DNA of 64,000 nt from Macrostomum hystrix (taxonomy: Eukaryota; Animalia; Platyhelminthes), in the NCBI GenBank assembly GCA_950097015.1, contig CATNEN010000034.1, positions 6,014,001 through 6,078,000 of the forward strand, written 5' to 3'. Made by a program: the position numbers and the translations under genes. Positions 11,957-23,689 of this stretch are shown here, piece after piece. The first letter of the stretch is position 1; each line of letters begins with the position of its first letter. Below the pieces are notes generated by a model, which searched no databases, was not told the DNA's origin, and saw only the letters and a list, made by a program, of their open reading frames with translations.

Positions 11957-13288
11957 ATGAAGCTTCTCAACGTGAAGTTCAAAATGGCGTCACAGAGCTT
12001 GCTACTGCTGCTGATGTGCCTCGATGGGATGTCATCGGCAAACTTGAACTTCCTGTGGCAACCCCTGCAAGACGCACCTAACTGGCAGGCAGCATTGGGT
12101 GGAAGCTCCAAACTGACATTCGGCTTCGACACCATCTGGAACCGGGGACAGTCGCCTGCTCAGCTGACGCCCATCTTCTCCAGTGTGTCGCAGTCGTTAA
12201 AGTCGGAAAACAAGCAGAGCCGCACGGAGGAGACGCTCCAGCAGGTGCGCAAGACCGCTAAGAGTGTCGAATGGAATCACGGCTTCCAGAACGACGGTCA
12301 GGGCGGTGTGAAGCAGGTCGACTCGGTCGCAACCAACGAGAAGACGGCGGAGCGCAGTGCCAAGGAGCTGAAGGCTAGCGAGTCCGGGGACAGCGCCCAG
12401 CGTGACCAGCATCTCACTCAGGTCAATGGCCGGACTGTTCTCAGCTCGGATACCGGCAAGCAGAGCAGCTTCAGCAACAGCGGTCACGTGGCTAACCGAA
12501 CTGAATTCTCCAGCGAGTCCAGCTCCGTTGACAATAGGCAGGCGAAGGCCTTCCTGCCTCCGCCGCCGCCCGCCCTGGCCACGTGCCTGTCGCGAACCCG
12601 CACAACCCTGTTCCTTCTGGTGCACACCTCTTCGGACGCCGGCAGCCTCGGCCGACTGCTGGCCTTCCTCGACGCCTTCCTGGACCGCCTGGCTCCGTCG
12701 CGAGTCATCGTCTTCTTCTTCAATCGTCGTGTTCTTGACGTTGTCGACGAAGCTGAGGCGGCATTGTCGGCAGCCGAGACCATCGTGGCGATGCGCCGTC
12801 GCCTGGCCGCCGCTGTGCGTAGCCTTCACAGCCAGCTGGCTGACGAGTGCAACCTGCCCGAGGCTGCCGCGGCCGCTGAACGTCTCCGTCGCCGTCTGCG
12901 CATAACGACGCCCTGCTCGCTGATCATCCTGACGCCGGCCGGTCCAGGCATTCGGGTCGACGAGCGCGCCCTGACTGAGGCCGTCTCCGTGGCGGAGGCG
13001 GCTAGGCAAGCCTTTGACCAGCTGATGGCGGTAGTCGGCGACGGTCGCGACCTGGAGCCACGTGCCGCCGACATGCTGCGCCTGTTTGCCCAGGGCGGCT
13101 CGCTTGTGCCGCTGGACTTCGGCGGCGGAGAGCGAGTTGACGCAGCCTCCGCTGACGCTCTGGGTCGTCGCGTCTGCGACGCTATCGAAGCTGGCGGCCG
13201 GTCGCCATTCGACAGGTTCAAGGATCGGGACCAGCAGCCGCCTCCGCGCGGATTCCCACCGGTGGAAGACCGCTGGACGAGGGACTAA
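11957..13288 (+). CDS. Secreted protein with a C-terminal degenerate von Willebrand factor A-like domain (443 aa, single exon)
   Basis: Long GC-rich ORF. Signal-peptide-like MASQSLLLLLMCLDGMSSA. Ser/Gln-rich spacer. VWA-like pattern C..TLFLLVHTSS / LGRLLAFLDAFLDRL / RVIVFFF / SLIILT / LMAVVGDG / LRLFA / LGRRVC. The real start may be the second Met. Confidence 0.75.
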   Translation: MKLLNVKFKMASQSLLLLLMCLDGMSSANLNFLWQPLQDAPNWQAALGGSSKLTFGFDTIWNRGQSPAQLTPIFSSVSQSLKSENKQSRTEETLQQVRKTAKSVEWNHGFQNDGQGGVKQVDSVATNEKTAERSAKELKASESGDSAQRDQHLTQVNGRTVLSSDTGKQSSFSNSGHVANRTEFSSESSSVDNRQAKAFLPPPPPALATCLSRTRTTLFLLVHTSSDAGSLGRLLAFLDAFLDRLAPSRVIVFFFNRRVLDVVDEAEAALSAAETIVAMRRRLAAAVRSLHSQLADECNLPEAAAAAERLRRRLRITTPCSLIILTPAGPGIRVDERALTEAVSVAEAARQAFDQLMAVVGDGRDLEPRAADMLRLFAQGGSLVPLDFGGGERVDAASADALGRRVCDAIEAGGRSPFDRFKDRDQQPPPRGFPPVEDRWTRD

Positions 13289-13711
13289 TAAAAATTATTG
13301 CTTACTTTTATGATTTTTTTTCAATCAAGTTTTAATAATTCAAATTCGCGCCATAAAGGAATAACAAACTTTTTGTAAGACCTAACATACGCATGGCTGA
13401 AAATATTTTTCCAGCCGTCCTTTGTATTAGTTAGTAATTTTTAAATAATAAAAAAAAATTAATTATTAAAATACAACATACTTCATGTACTACTGCATTC
13501 TACTATGAAGCTAAAGTGAAAAGATATACTTATTTGAAATATTTATATACTCATAAATAAAAAACTTACATTTCCATTCATGGTTTAAAAAGCTTTATCA
13601 TTTCAATATGATTTTCTTATGCTGTAGCCAACGAGTTAGCTTATGAGCTCTAGATGAAGTCGTCACCTTGACGGCAAGAATTTACCTGTCCTGTAAACTA
13701 AACTTACCTGT

Positions 13712-13871
13712 TAACTAACTAACTAACTAACTAATTAACAAACTAACTAACTAACTAACAAACTAACTAACTAACTAACAAGCAAACAAACAAACAAACA
13801 AACAAACAAACAAACAAACAAACAAACAAACAAACAAACAACCAAACAAACAAACAAACAAACAAACAAAC

Positions 13872-13920
<49 letters not shown>

Positions 13921-13967
13921 GACTAACAAACTAACTAACTGACTAACTAACAAACAAACAAACAAAC

Positions 13968-14027
<60 letters not shown>

Positions 14028-14040
14028 AAACTAACTAACT
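13712..14040. repeat. Compound (CTAA)n/(CAAA)n microsatellite
   Basis: Directly visible. Confidence 0.97.
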
Positions 14041-14850
14041 GGTTGGATTGAAATCAACATCGTCAGTTATTCAGCACAATGGATAACTCCATTCACAGAC
14101 TAGTGAAAGATATTTGGAGGCAATTGCAGATGCTTCTTATTGCAGTGTGCTTGAAGCACATATTGTGCCGACACAAATTTTTGTGCATCTCTCACAGCGA
14201 TGCAGAGAACTGTAAATGAATTAATCAATCACTGACTCCCAGAGCGAGATGGGACACATCTAGACTGCCTTCATTCACCTCCGATTCCCCAGAGTACATG
14301 GCACCCGTATCTGAGGCTCTGTTAGGCTCGGGATTCTTCATCAGCGGGGAATAAAATAAGTTCCTCGGCACGCATCATAAATCCCATTTTGCAAATAGGT
14401 CCACTGGATGCCAACTCTTAGTTAATGCAAAATATGTCACAGCCTCCGACTATATAGGGAAATTTTATCGGCCGCAGCGGCCCTTGGACTTGCTTGGGAA
14501 TTATTAGTTTTCTCCCAAATCTCTTCCCCTTGGTTTGGACCAAGACCCTAGAGGTGATGGCGGGCCTGCCTGTATTACTTGGTCGCTTGGGAGTCGTACA
14601 GTTTGAGAATGGGATCATTCTTTCTCTCCTGTTTGTGGTCGATAGCTGGCACATGTTCAGTTCCAGGGGAATCGGCGCGCGCATGCAGTTCGGTTACCGG
14701 GGCTGAAGCCTGCCAGCCACCCCACTCCGACGCAGATGTGTACTTTTTCGTGCCACTTTCTCATTTTTACGACTTATTCGTCACACTCAACTCGCATTAA
14801 TACGGGCAGATTTTATCAAGATTTCTGACTTTGGCAACGGAAGTTCGAAA

Positions 14851-14945
14851 TGGTAACGCGTTTGCCTCTCGCAACGAGGTCCCTGAGTTCGATTCCGCGG
14901 CGAGGCCACATTCATTTTGAGGGCGCAGCCGCGGAGAGAAGGCTG
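14851..14945 (+). mobile_element. tRNA-derived SINE head (family B), truncated
   Basis: TGGTAACGCG...GAGTTCGATTCCGCGGCGAGGCCACATTCATTTTGAGGGCGCAGCCGCGGAGAGAAGGCT is nearly identical to 49140-49220. Box B is present. Confidence 0.7.
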
Positions 14946-15387
14946 AGTGGCTTGATGTGAAAAAGGAGTTAAGAAATTTCTTCAAAGTTGATTTAAGCCA
15001 GACTGCAGCACAAACAGGAAGTTGGACACCCCGAGTCTGTCAGAGCCTTATCTTAGAGTAGCTTTTAAGAGCTTCAATCCGGAAAAGCACCCGGAGATAG
15101 AAGGACTCACTTTTAAGAACATTCGCTTGCCTTCCGAGCAGGATAAGTTTGTGCGAGTATTGGGGATTGAACACAACAGACGGGCGTTGACCGCGTGGGA
15201 ATATGAAGTGGCCTAGAACCGATATCGATTCATGCAGCCAGCTCTGCATGAGAAAAGAAAGAAAAAAAATACTAAAAACTTTTGAGTTAGGACTGGAGCG
15301 CCTATACATGCAGTGCAGAAGCATTCAATAGTTAGCTAAATGTGCTCACTACGAAACTTCATAATATTAACGCGTTCACAAGCTCGA

Positions 15388-15610
15388 ATTCACATATTCA
15401 CATACATTCACATACATTCACATAATAAAACACAAGCACACATTCTCACACTCACATATTCACGCACTCACATATTCACACACTCACATATTCACACAAT
15501 CACATATTCACACAATCACATATTCACACACTCACATATTCACACAATCACATATTCAGACAATCACATATTCACACAATCACATATTCACTCACTCACA
15601 TATTCACACA
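15388..15610. repeat. 16-bp CA-rich tandem repeat (CACATATTCACACAAT)
   Basis: Directly visible. Confidence 0.9.
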
Positions 15611-15957
15611 GGCAGCACACCCATTGTCGAAGTGCGCACTCGAGACATAAGCGAACGAACCTGGATAATTTGTAATTGAATTTAACGGTGAGTGCAGGAA
15701 GGGACGAGTAGCGGAGAAATGAGAAGAAGGCAAGCAGTTGTACGTACAACGGATGCGGTCAGGAAAAAGAAGCGGGCTTGTCGAAAAGCTGAAGCAGATT
15801 TTTTACGGTAGTCAAATATATATTTTTTTCTTCGACTCTTAAAGTATTTCGCATTCTCCAGTCCTCCTTGGTGTGTGTCAGGCAGCATACTTGCAACTGA
15901 TGCAGGCTGAGGGCCAATCAGAATCCAGCAAGCACAAACAGCCAATCAGCGAAGCGC

Positions 15958-17553
15958 ATGCGATTTGCTTTTAAACTGCTCTTCAGTGTGGAATTGCGAC
16001 CAGTCTGCTCTTTCGTCGAGGACCAGAGAAATTCCAGCACAGCAATGCTGAACCTCGAAGCCAGTTCCGCCTCCCAGGCACCAATGACGGACATCGAGTG
16101 GAAGCTTCGCGAGAAGCTTGACATTCTGCGGCTGCGCATGGCCGCCACCAGAAATCAAACCAACGTCAGCTACAACAGCGTGCTGGCCAAGGAGAGCCAG
16201 AACTTCTTCAGCGTACTCAGGGAGCGGCTCGGAGCGATGCTAGAAATCATCGCCGTAGTGATAGTTGCCATGGCAATCGCTTGTTTAGTTGGCAACGCCC
16301 TGGTCTGCTGCGTTCTCTACAGGCGTCGCAGCCTACGCACCGTGACAAACATCTTCCTGCTGAACCTGTCCGTGGCCCAGATGATTCTAGCCTGCGTGGC
16401 CATTCCCATCAACCTGTTGAAGATATTCGTCATCTTCGACAACTGGAGCCTGGGCAGCGCCAGTTGCACTATGGCCTACTTTGCTAACAGTCTGTGCATC
16501 AGCGTCAGCAGCTTCACTCTAGTCTGCATCGCTGTCGATCGCTACCGGGTCATTGTCTCGCCGTTGAAGCCGCGCTTCACAAAGCGAGCCGTCAAGCTGA
16601 TGATCGCAGCCTGCTGGATCGCTTCAGTTCTGCTCGGCCTCCTAAACTGTCGGGTGCTGTTTCCGCACAGTTCAACCAATCAGGTGAAGCGAGTCTACGA
16701 GATGCAGGACAACACGGTGTGCGCTTTCATGCCTTTCGACAACTCCAGCCTGCGCCTCATTCTCAGCTGCGTCAGCTTCCTGACCCAGTACGTCCTGCCC
16801 CTGGCTGTGATTGTGCTAATCTACGCCCGGATAATCCACACCCTGTGGATTGCCAAGTCGGTCTTCGGCGGCGCCGGCCCGGGCAGCAACAACGGCGAGG
16901 CGGCTACCGCAGGCGGTGGAGGAGCGCACGGCATTCGTATTGTGACGCGCAAGAAGACCATTGTGATGCTGGTGGTGATCATGCTACTATTCTTCATCTC
17001 CTGGTCCCCAATTCATCTGTACGTGATCTCAAGCAACTGGCGCACAGTCAGCCAGGGCGATGCCGAGATTCTGGCGCACGCCATCTGTTATTGGCTGGCT
17101 ATGAGCAATATCTGGTACAATCCAATCATCTACGCTTGGTTGAATGGCAAATTCAGGCGCTCCCTGGCTTTGATCCTCTGCGCTTGCCAGAGTAGACGGC
17201 CCGGTGGAGGTCGAGGCGGCGGCGGCGGCGGTGGCGGCGGTGGACGAGGCGCCGCTTGCGGCGGCGTCGGCGGCGGTATCGGAGGTGGCGAAGCCGGACT
17301 TGGTGCCGATTTCGGAGCCGGTGTTGGCGCTGGAGACGGCCTTGAAAACGGCGATGTCGGCTGCGGAGGTCGCGCCAGCGGTGGTAGCCGGCACTGGGAC
17401 GGCGACCCGGTTGAAATGGACCTGCTGTTTAACCGCAACCCGGGCCCGAAGCAGCTGAGGCAGAAGCCGCAGCAGGAGTTCGCCTCGTCGGACACCGGAG
17501 ATTCGAGCAGGAAGGCTCTGGCCCTCGGCTGCCAGAATCGAAGATCAACCTGA
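15958..17553 (+). CDS. Rhodopsin-class neuropeptide GPCR (tachykinin/luqin/RYamide/NPY-like group), single exon
   Basis: GN in TM1, RTVTNIFLLNLSVA, W-x-LG-x3-C, IAVDRY, YVLP...Y in TM5, FFISWSP, YWLAMSN.WYNPIIYAWLNGKFR, Cys after helix 8 and a Gly-rich C-tail. The start Met is uncertain. Confidence 0.95.
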   Translation: MRFAFKLLFSVELRPVCSFVEDQRNSSTAMLNLEASSASQAPMTDIEWKLREKLDILRLRMAATRNQTNVSYNSVLAKESQNFFSVLRERLGAMLEIIAVVIVAMAIACLVGNALVCCVLYRRRSLRTVTNIFLLNLSVAQMILACVAIPINLLKIFVIFDNWSLGSASCTMAYFANSLCISVSSFTLVCIAVDRYRVIVSPLKPRFTKRAVKLMIAACWIASVLLGLLNCRVLFPHSSTNQVKRVYEMQDNTVCAFMPFDNSSLRLILSCVSFLTQYVLPLAVIVLIYARIIHTLWIAKSVFGGAGPGSNNGEAATAGGGGAHGIRIVTRKKTIVMLVVIMLLFFISWSPIHLYVISSNWRTVSQGDAEILAHAICYWLAMSNIWYNPIIYAWLNGKFRRSLALILCACQSRRPGGGRGGGGGGGGGGRGAACGGVGGGIGGGEAGLGADFGAGVGAGDGLENGDVGCGGRASGGSRHWDGDPVEMDLLFNRNPGPKQLRQKPQQEFASSDTGDSSRKALALGCQNRRST

Positions 17554-17814
17554 CACTGAGGTCTTTTATTGCCATAGTCGCACCAACTTGTTTGTTTCCT
17601 TACCTTTTCAATAACCAATTGACTAAATAGCCCTGATAAACGGCTTCTTCGCTTTTTTTCGTTTTCACAATTTTCAAATGCGCCAGACAATGTCCAGCAA
17701 TCACGCTTAAAGGATAAGGTCTTCATAATCTTCTAATGTACTTTCATTTCTTTGTTATTCTATATCTGCATTGACTGTACAATTACATTAAATTTGTCTC
17801 TCCCTGTGACAATC

Positions 17815-19560
17815 AAGCTTTCTCTCTCTGTACCACTGAAGCTGTCTCTCCCTCTGTACCACTGAAGCTGTCTCTCTCTGTACCACTGAAGCTGTCTCTC
17901 TCTCTGTACCACTGAAGCTGTCTCTCTCTCTGTACCACTGAAGCTGTCTCTCTCTGTACCACAGTGTACCACTATGTAACTATGTACTGTGTACCACTGA
18001 AGCTGTCTCTCTCAGTACCACAGTGTACCACTATGTAACTATGTACTGTGTACCACTGAAGCTGTCTCTCTCAGTACCACAGTGTACCACTATGTAACTA
18101 TGTACTGTGTACCACTGAAGCTGTCTCTCTCTGTACCACTGAAGCTGTCTCTCCCTCTGTACCACTGAAGCTGTCTCTCTCTGTACCACTGAAGCTGTCT
18201 CTCTCTCTGTACCACTGAAGCTGTCTCTCTCTCTGTACCACTGAAGCTGTCTCTCTCTCTGTACCACTGAAGCTGTCTCTCTCTCTGTACCACTGAAGCT
18301 GTCTCTCTCTCTGTACCACTGAAGCTGTCTCTCTCTGTACCACTGAAGCTGTCTCTCTCTCTGTACCACTGAAGCTGTCTCTCTCTGTACCACTAAAGCT
18401 GTCTCTCTCTGTACCACTGAAGCTGTCTCTCTCTCTGTACCACTGAAGCTGTCTCTCTCTCTGTACCACTGAAGCTGTCTCTCTCTCTGTACCACTGAAG
18501 CTGTCTCTCTCTCTGTACCACTGAAGCTGTCTCTCTCTCTGTACCACTGAAGCTGTCTCTCTCTGTACCACTGAAGCTGTCTCTCTCTCTGTACCACTGA
18601 AGCTGTCTCTCTCTGTACCACTAAAGCTGTCTCTCTCTGTACCACTGAAGCTGTCTCTCTCTCTGTACCACTGAAGCTGTCTCTCTCTCTGTACCACTGA
18701 AGCTGTCTCTCTCTCTGTACCACTGAAGCTGTCTCTCTCTCTGTACCACTGAAGCTGTCTCTCTCTCTGTACCACTGAAGCTGTCTCTCTCTCTGTACCA
18801 CTAAAGCTGTCTCTCTCTGTACCACTGAAGCTGTCTCTCTCTCTGTACCACTGAAGCTGTCTCTCTCTCTGTACCACTGAAGCTGTCTCTCTGTGTACCA
18901 CTGAAGCTGTCTCTCTATGTACCACTGAAGCTGTCTCTCTCTCTGTACCACTGAAGCTGTCTCTCTCTGTACCACTAAAGCTGTCTCTCTCTGTACCACT
19001 GAAGCTGTCTCTCTCTCTGTACCACTGAAGCTGTCTCTCTCTCTGTACCACTGAAGCTGTCTCTCTCTCTGTACCACTGAAGCTGTCTCTCTCTCTGTAC
19101 CACTGAAGCTGTCTCTCTCTCTGTACCACTGAAGCTGTCTCTCTCTCTGTACCACTGAAGCTGTCTCTCTCTCTGTACCACTGAAGCTGTCTCTCTCTGT
19201 ACCACTAAAGCTGTCTCTCTCTGTACCACTGAAGCTGTCTCTCTCTCTGTACCACTGAAGCTGTCTCTCTCTCTGTACCACTGAAGCTGTCTCTCTCTCT
19301 GTACCACTGAAGCTGTCTCTCTCTCTGTACCACTGAAGCTGTCTCTCTCTCTGTACCACTGAAGCTGTCTCTCTCTCTGTACCACTAAAGCTGTCTCTCT
19401 CTGTACCACTGAAGCTGTCTCTCTCTCTGTACCACTGAAGCTGTCTCTCTCTCTGTACCACTGAAGCTGTCTCTCTGTGTACCACTGAAGCTGTCTCTCT
19501 ATGTACCACTGTGTACCACTAAGTAACTATGTACTGTGTACCACTGAAGCTGTCTCACTG
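17815..19560. repeat. 24-28-bp minisatellite GTACCACTGAAGCTGT(CT)n
   Basis: Tandem units with variable (CT)n. A distinct longer cap unit occurs at both ends. Confidence 0.97.
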
Positions 19561-19660
19561 TCCGCCCCGCTCCAAGCTTGTCAGATTATTTCTCCTGTCA
19601 CTCGTAGAGTCAATTTTTACTTTTGATTTCAATTAAGAAGCGGACACGACCGAGATTCTA

Positions 19661-19699
19661 GCCAGCCCTAGCTGAAGCAGAATCGGCTGGCCAACTAGT
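19661..19699 (+). mobile_element. Possible Helitron 3' terminus (hairpin + CTAG|T)
   Basis: GCCAGCC-17 nt-GGCTGGC stem followed by caaCTAG|T. The hairpin-to-CTAG spacing is shorter than canonical. Confidence 0.3.
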
Positions 19700-20209
19700 G
19701 TATTGTATCGCGTCTTCCTTGTGGCTTTTTTTAACAGTCCAAGTAACCTTCACCCCGTTGAAACTCGAGGTGTCGAAATTTCTTTTCTAAACTTATTTTG
19801 CTTTTCTCTCCGGTAAGAAAAAGAATTAGTTTCGTTCCCTCGGCTTCTTATAGTGTTTCACCGTAATCGTCCAAGCTCTGTGCACATTTTATCGTGTGTT
19901 TTTTGTCGCAACTAAAACTACCTTAATAGCGCATGTGACTATGCAGCAATGCAACCTACACTCGCATGTTGAGCGTACACATTTCCTCTAGGGAAATCAG
20001 CCAGGTCATTGTGCACACAGCTCTAAAAATAACAGGCGAACCGACTGCCCAGTGTTAAAAGTACAATTCATTTTAAAGTATACGAGCGAATGGTTAACCG
20101 AAAGTGCTAATATGTTTTTCCTAAGAGTATTATTAAATTTCTTGCTACATTTTTGTGCCCATGTCCGGAAAAAAATGAAACAGTTCAGCAGTTCACAGAT
20201 GATAGGCGA

Positions 20210-20845
20210 CAGGTGATAGAGTGACTCACACACAGCTGATAGAGTGACTCACACACAGGTGATAGAGTGACTCACACACAGCTGATAGAGTGACTCACAC
20301 ACAGGTGATAGAGTGACTCACACACAGCTGATAGAGTGACTCACACACAGGTGATAGAGTGACTCACACACAGCTGATAGAGTGACTCACACACAGCTGA
20401 TAGAGTGACTCACACACAGCTGATAGAGTGACTCACACACAGCTGATAGAGTGACTCACACACAGGTGATAGAGTGACTCACACACAGCTGATAGAGTGA
20501 CTCACACACAGGTGATAGAGTGACTCACACACAGCGGAAAGAGTGACACACGCACAGGTGATAGAGTGACTCACACACAGCTGAAAGAGTGACTCACACA
20601 GCTGAAAGAGTGACACACACAGCTGAAAGAGTGACACACACAGCTGAAAGAGTGACTTACACACAGGTGATAGAGTGACACACGCAACTGAAAGAGTGAC
20701 ACACACAACTGAAAGAGGGACACACGCAACTGAAAGAGTGACACACGCAACTGAAAGAGTGACACACGCAACTGAAAGAGTGACACACGCAACTGAAAGA
20801 GTGACACACGCAGTTAAAAGAGTGACACACGCAGTTAAAAGAGTG
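20210..20845. repeat. 22/21-bp minisatellite (GATAGAGTGACTCACACACAGCT grading to GAAAGAGTGACACACGCAACT)
   Basis: Directly visible, with a polarised unit change. Confidence 0.95.
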
Positions 20846-21759
20846 AAGCACGAGCCGAGGTTAATAGGATGCTAAGACGCCAAAAGTATTTTTAGTCTAG
20901 TCCAGATGGGTTTTAGTAAGCAAACAATATCTGGTTTTCGGGTGCGCATTGGATCAGGGATTTCATAAGTTCTTCGTTCTTATTGCAATCGTGAGCAGTT
21001 CGCATCGCAATCTTTCACATCCCGTTAAGCCCAAGCCTTCCAAACCCTAGCAGCGGTGAGTTCGCGTCCCTGTTCCCTCCCCCTCCCCTTGACCCTATGC
21101 GGTCCCGATCCTCCAGTCCGAATAGATCCCCTTTCGGGTGGAGGATAAGTCAACAGCAGCGTGGAGGGGAAGGTTAAAAAAAATAAGGTAAAAATAGATT
21201 GCACTGGAGTCCCATCTAAGCGGCAAAAGCCATTTTCTCTTTCTGGGGCTGCATCTCAAGCAAGCGTCTCTCCCGCCTGCTTTGCTTCCAGTCTGCTTTT
21301 TGAGAGAACGCCTGGAGAGACAGGGGCCAGGCGGGGCCTAGGCGGCGGCTGAACTGGGAAATCAATAAGCTGAGGCTTCCCATCTGCGATACCCATCCCA
21401 GCCCCCAGCTTCCTGCCTGATCCTCATCCAAGCTTCGACAATCCGCTACCTTACCTTACTACCTTACGCTACCTTAGAATCTGGAAAAGTGACTCGGCTC
21501 TCGTACCCCGGCGCATTGAGAAAGGCTTGAAAATCTTCCGGGAATAACACCTTGAGAATTAGCTTCATTGGCGGAATAGTACCTCTTCCTTTTTAGAATA
21601 CACGGCCGGCTCAACTGATTGTACTGGCTGGCTGTGACAAGACAAGACTGTCATATTGTCTGTGGCGCCTGAGATTATATCATACTTTTAGGCATAATGA
21701 GCTACAATAAAGCATAATGACAAAATGTCAAAGGTCCGAATGAAATTCGCGGAGAACAG

Positions 21760-22090
21760 CGACAAAATCTTAAGGGGAGAGACAAAATCTCAGGGGTAGA
21801 CACAAAATCTCAAGGAACAGACACAAAATCTCAGAGAGAAGACACAAAATCTCAGAGAGAAGGCACAAAATCTCAGGGGTTAGAGACAAAATCTCAGAGG
21901 GTAGAGACAAAATCTCAGGGGGTAGAGACAAAATCTCAGAGGGTAGAGACAAAATCTCATGGGTAGACACAAAATCTCAGGGGGTAGGCACAAAATCCCA
22001 GGGTAGGCACAAAATCTCAGGGAGCAGACACAAAATCTCAGAGGATACTGACAAAACTATGGAGAGCAGAGATAAAGGGACAAAGAAAAT
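21760..22090. repeat. About 21-bp minisatellite (GACAAAATCTCAGGGGGTAGA)
   Basis: CAAAATCT core recurs every 20-22 bp. Confidence 0.9.
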
Positions 22091-22419
22091 GACAGAAAAC
22101 ACAGACAAAAAAATACAGACGGTACACTTCAATTGATCTAGGACGCAGGAAAACAGCGGAAGAATACTTAGAAAACTCGGGCAATTACCTGCTAGTTGAA
22201 AGAATGGGATTGTTGACGAAAAGAAAGACTACGATTGGCTGTAAATCTTCTGTTGAATTCCCCGGCAAACCGGTTGATCAGGCCTGATGACTCAGTGTTT
22301 ACGAGGCTGTGTCAACAATCGCCTGAAAGCACCTGCGGGTGGGGCCGGTCACGCCTTCTACTCTTTATCTCTGAACTGATAATAAGTCTTAACGCTCTAC
22401 TAAACCAGTTCTTTATCTG

Positions 22420-23070
22420 TCCAAATCTACCTACCAAACTCTACCTACCAAACTCTATCTACCAAACTCTATCTACCAAACTCTATCTACCAAACTCTAT
22501 CTACCAAACTCAATCTACCAAACTCTATCTACCAAACTCTACCTACCAAACTCTACCTTCAGAACTCTATCTACCAAACTCTACCTACAGAACTCTATCT
22601 ACTAAACTCTACCCACAGAACTCAATCTACTAAACTCTACCCACAGAACTCAATCTACTAAACTCTACCTACCAAACTCTACCTTCAGAACTCTATCTAC
22701 CAAACTCAATCTACCGAACTCTACCTTCAGAACTCTATCTACCAAACTCAATCTACCAAACTCTACCTTCAGAACTCTATCTACCAAACTCAATCTACCA
22801 AACTCTATCTACCAAACTCTACCTACCAAACTCTACCTTCAGAACTCTATCTACCAAACTCTACCTACAGAACTCTATCTACTAAACTCTATCCACAGAA
22901 CTCAATCTACTAAACTCTACCCACAGAACTCAATCTACTAAACTCTACCTACCAAACTCTACCTTCAGAACTCTATCTACCAAACTCAATCTACCAAACT
23001 CTACCTTCAGAACTCTATCTACCAAACTCAATCTACCAAACTCTACCTTCAGAACTCTATCTACCAGACT
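22420..23070. repeat. 14/15-bp minisatellite (AAACTCTATCTACC variants)
   Basis: Directly visible. Confidence 0.93.
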
Positions 23071-23689
23071 TTCTTCAAAGTTGTACATTCCAGGCTCTAT
23101 CAAACTCATCTACAATATTTATCTTTAGGAATACCTGCCTGACACTAACTCACTATCTTATCGCCTGACAAGCAGTGAAGTAAAAATTTGACCGGAAACC
23201 AGGTCACGGCGAAATCTAGTTTGACAAAACATTGGCTGTCAGAATTTTTTTAATGAAATATGAATTTAATTTTCTCTGTTTTTTTCATCCCTTTCTCGTC
23301 GCCCAACCTTTCTTGTTTTGTTCCTTCCTGATCAGTACTCACCTGTGTCAGAAACAGGGCGTGACTCATTATACACGGTTCTGGGCATCTTGAGTGCAAA
23401 TTAATTTGGTAAGGCTAAACTCATAACCTGAAAGTACACCATACCGACGGATCTGGACTTAGCGACCAAAATCCTTCTAGCTTTATTATCTTGCTAACCC
23501 AACTTCTTAGCCGTTAGCTGTTAAATCTATCAAAACAGCCTCCTTATCTAGTATAGTGTACTTTTATATCGTACGGTCACGCAGGGTGCTTATCTTGACA
23601 ACCATGGCTCAAGAAAGCGAGAGATATATTGGCTCTTGGGTGGGGTTGGTAAAGCTTGGGAAACTACGGAAATTAGGGTTTGGGTGGGT

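Noticed and set aside
12197-13221. Antisense and alternative-frame ORFs over the VWA gene (likewise over the GPCR, SOS and transposase exons)
   Set aside because: These are expected shadows of GC-rich coding sequence with no recognisable motifs.
15022-15216. 64-aa ORF with VRVLGIEHNRRALTAW resembling a LINE reverse-transcriptase thumb motif
   Set aside because: It is too short and weak to support without a profile search.
22189-23400. Minus-strand exon-like segments with good splice sites (22189-22332 and about 23340-23400)
   Set aside because: The 144-bp segment has stops in all three frames and there is no transcript evidence. At most it is a lncRNA candidate.
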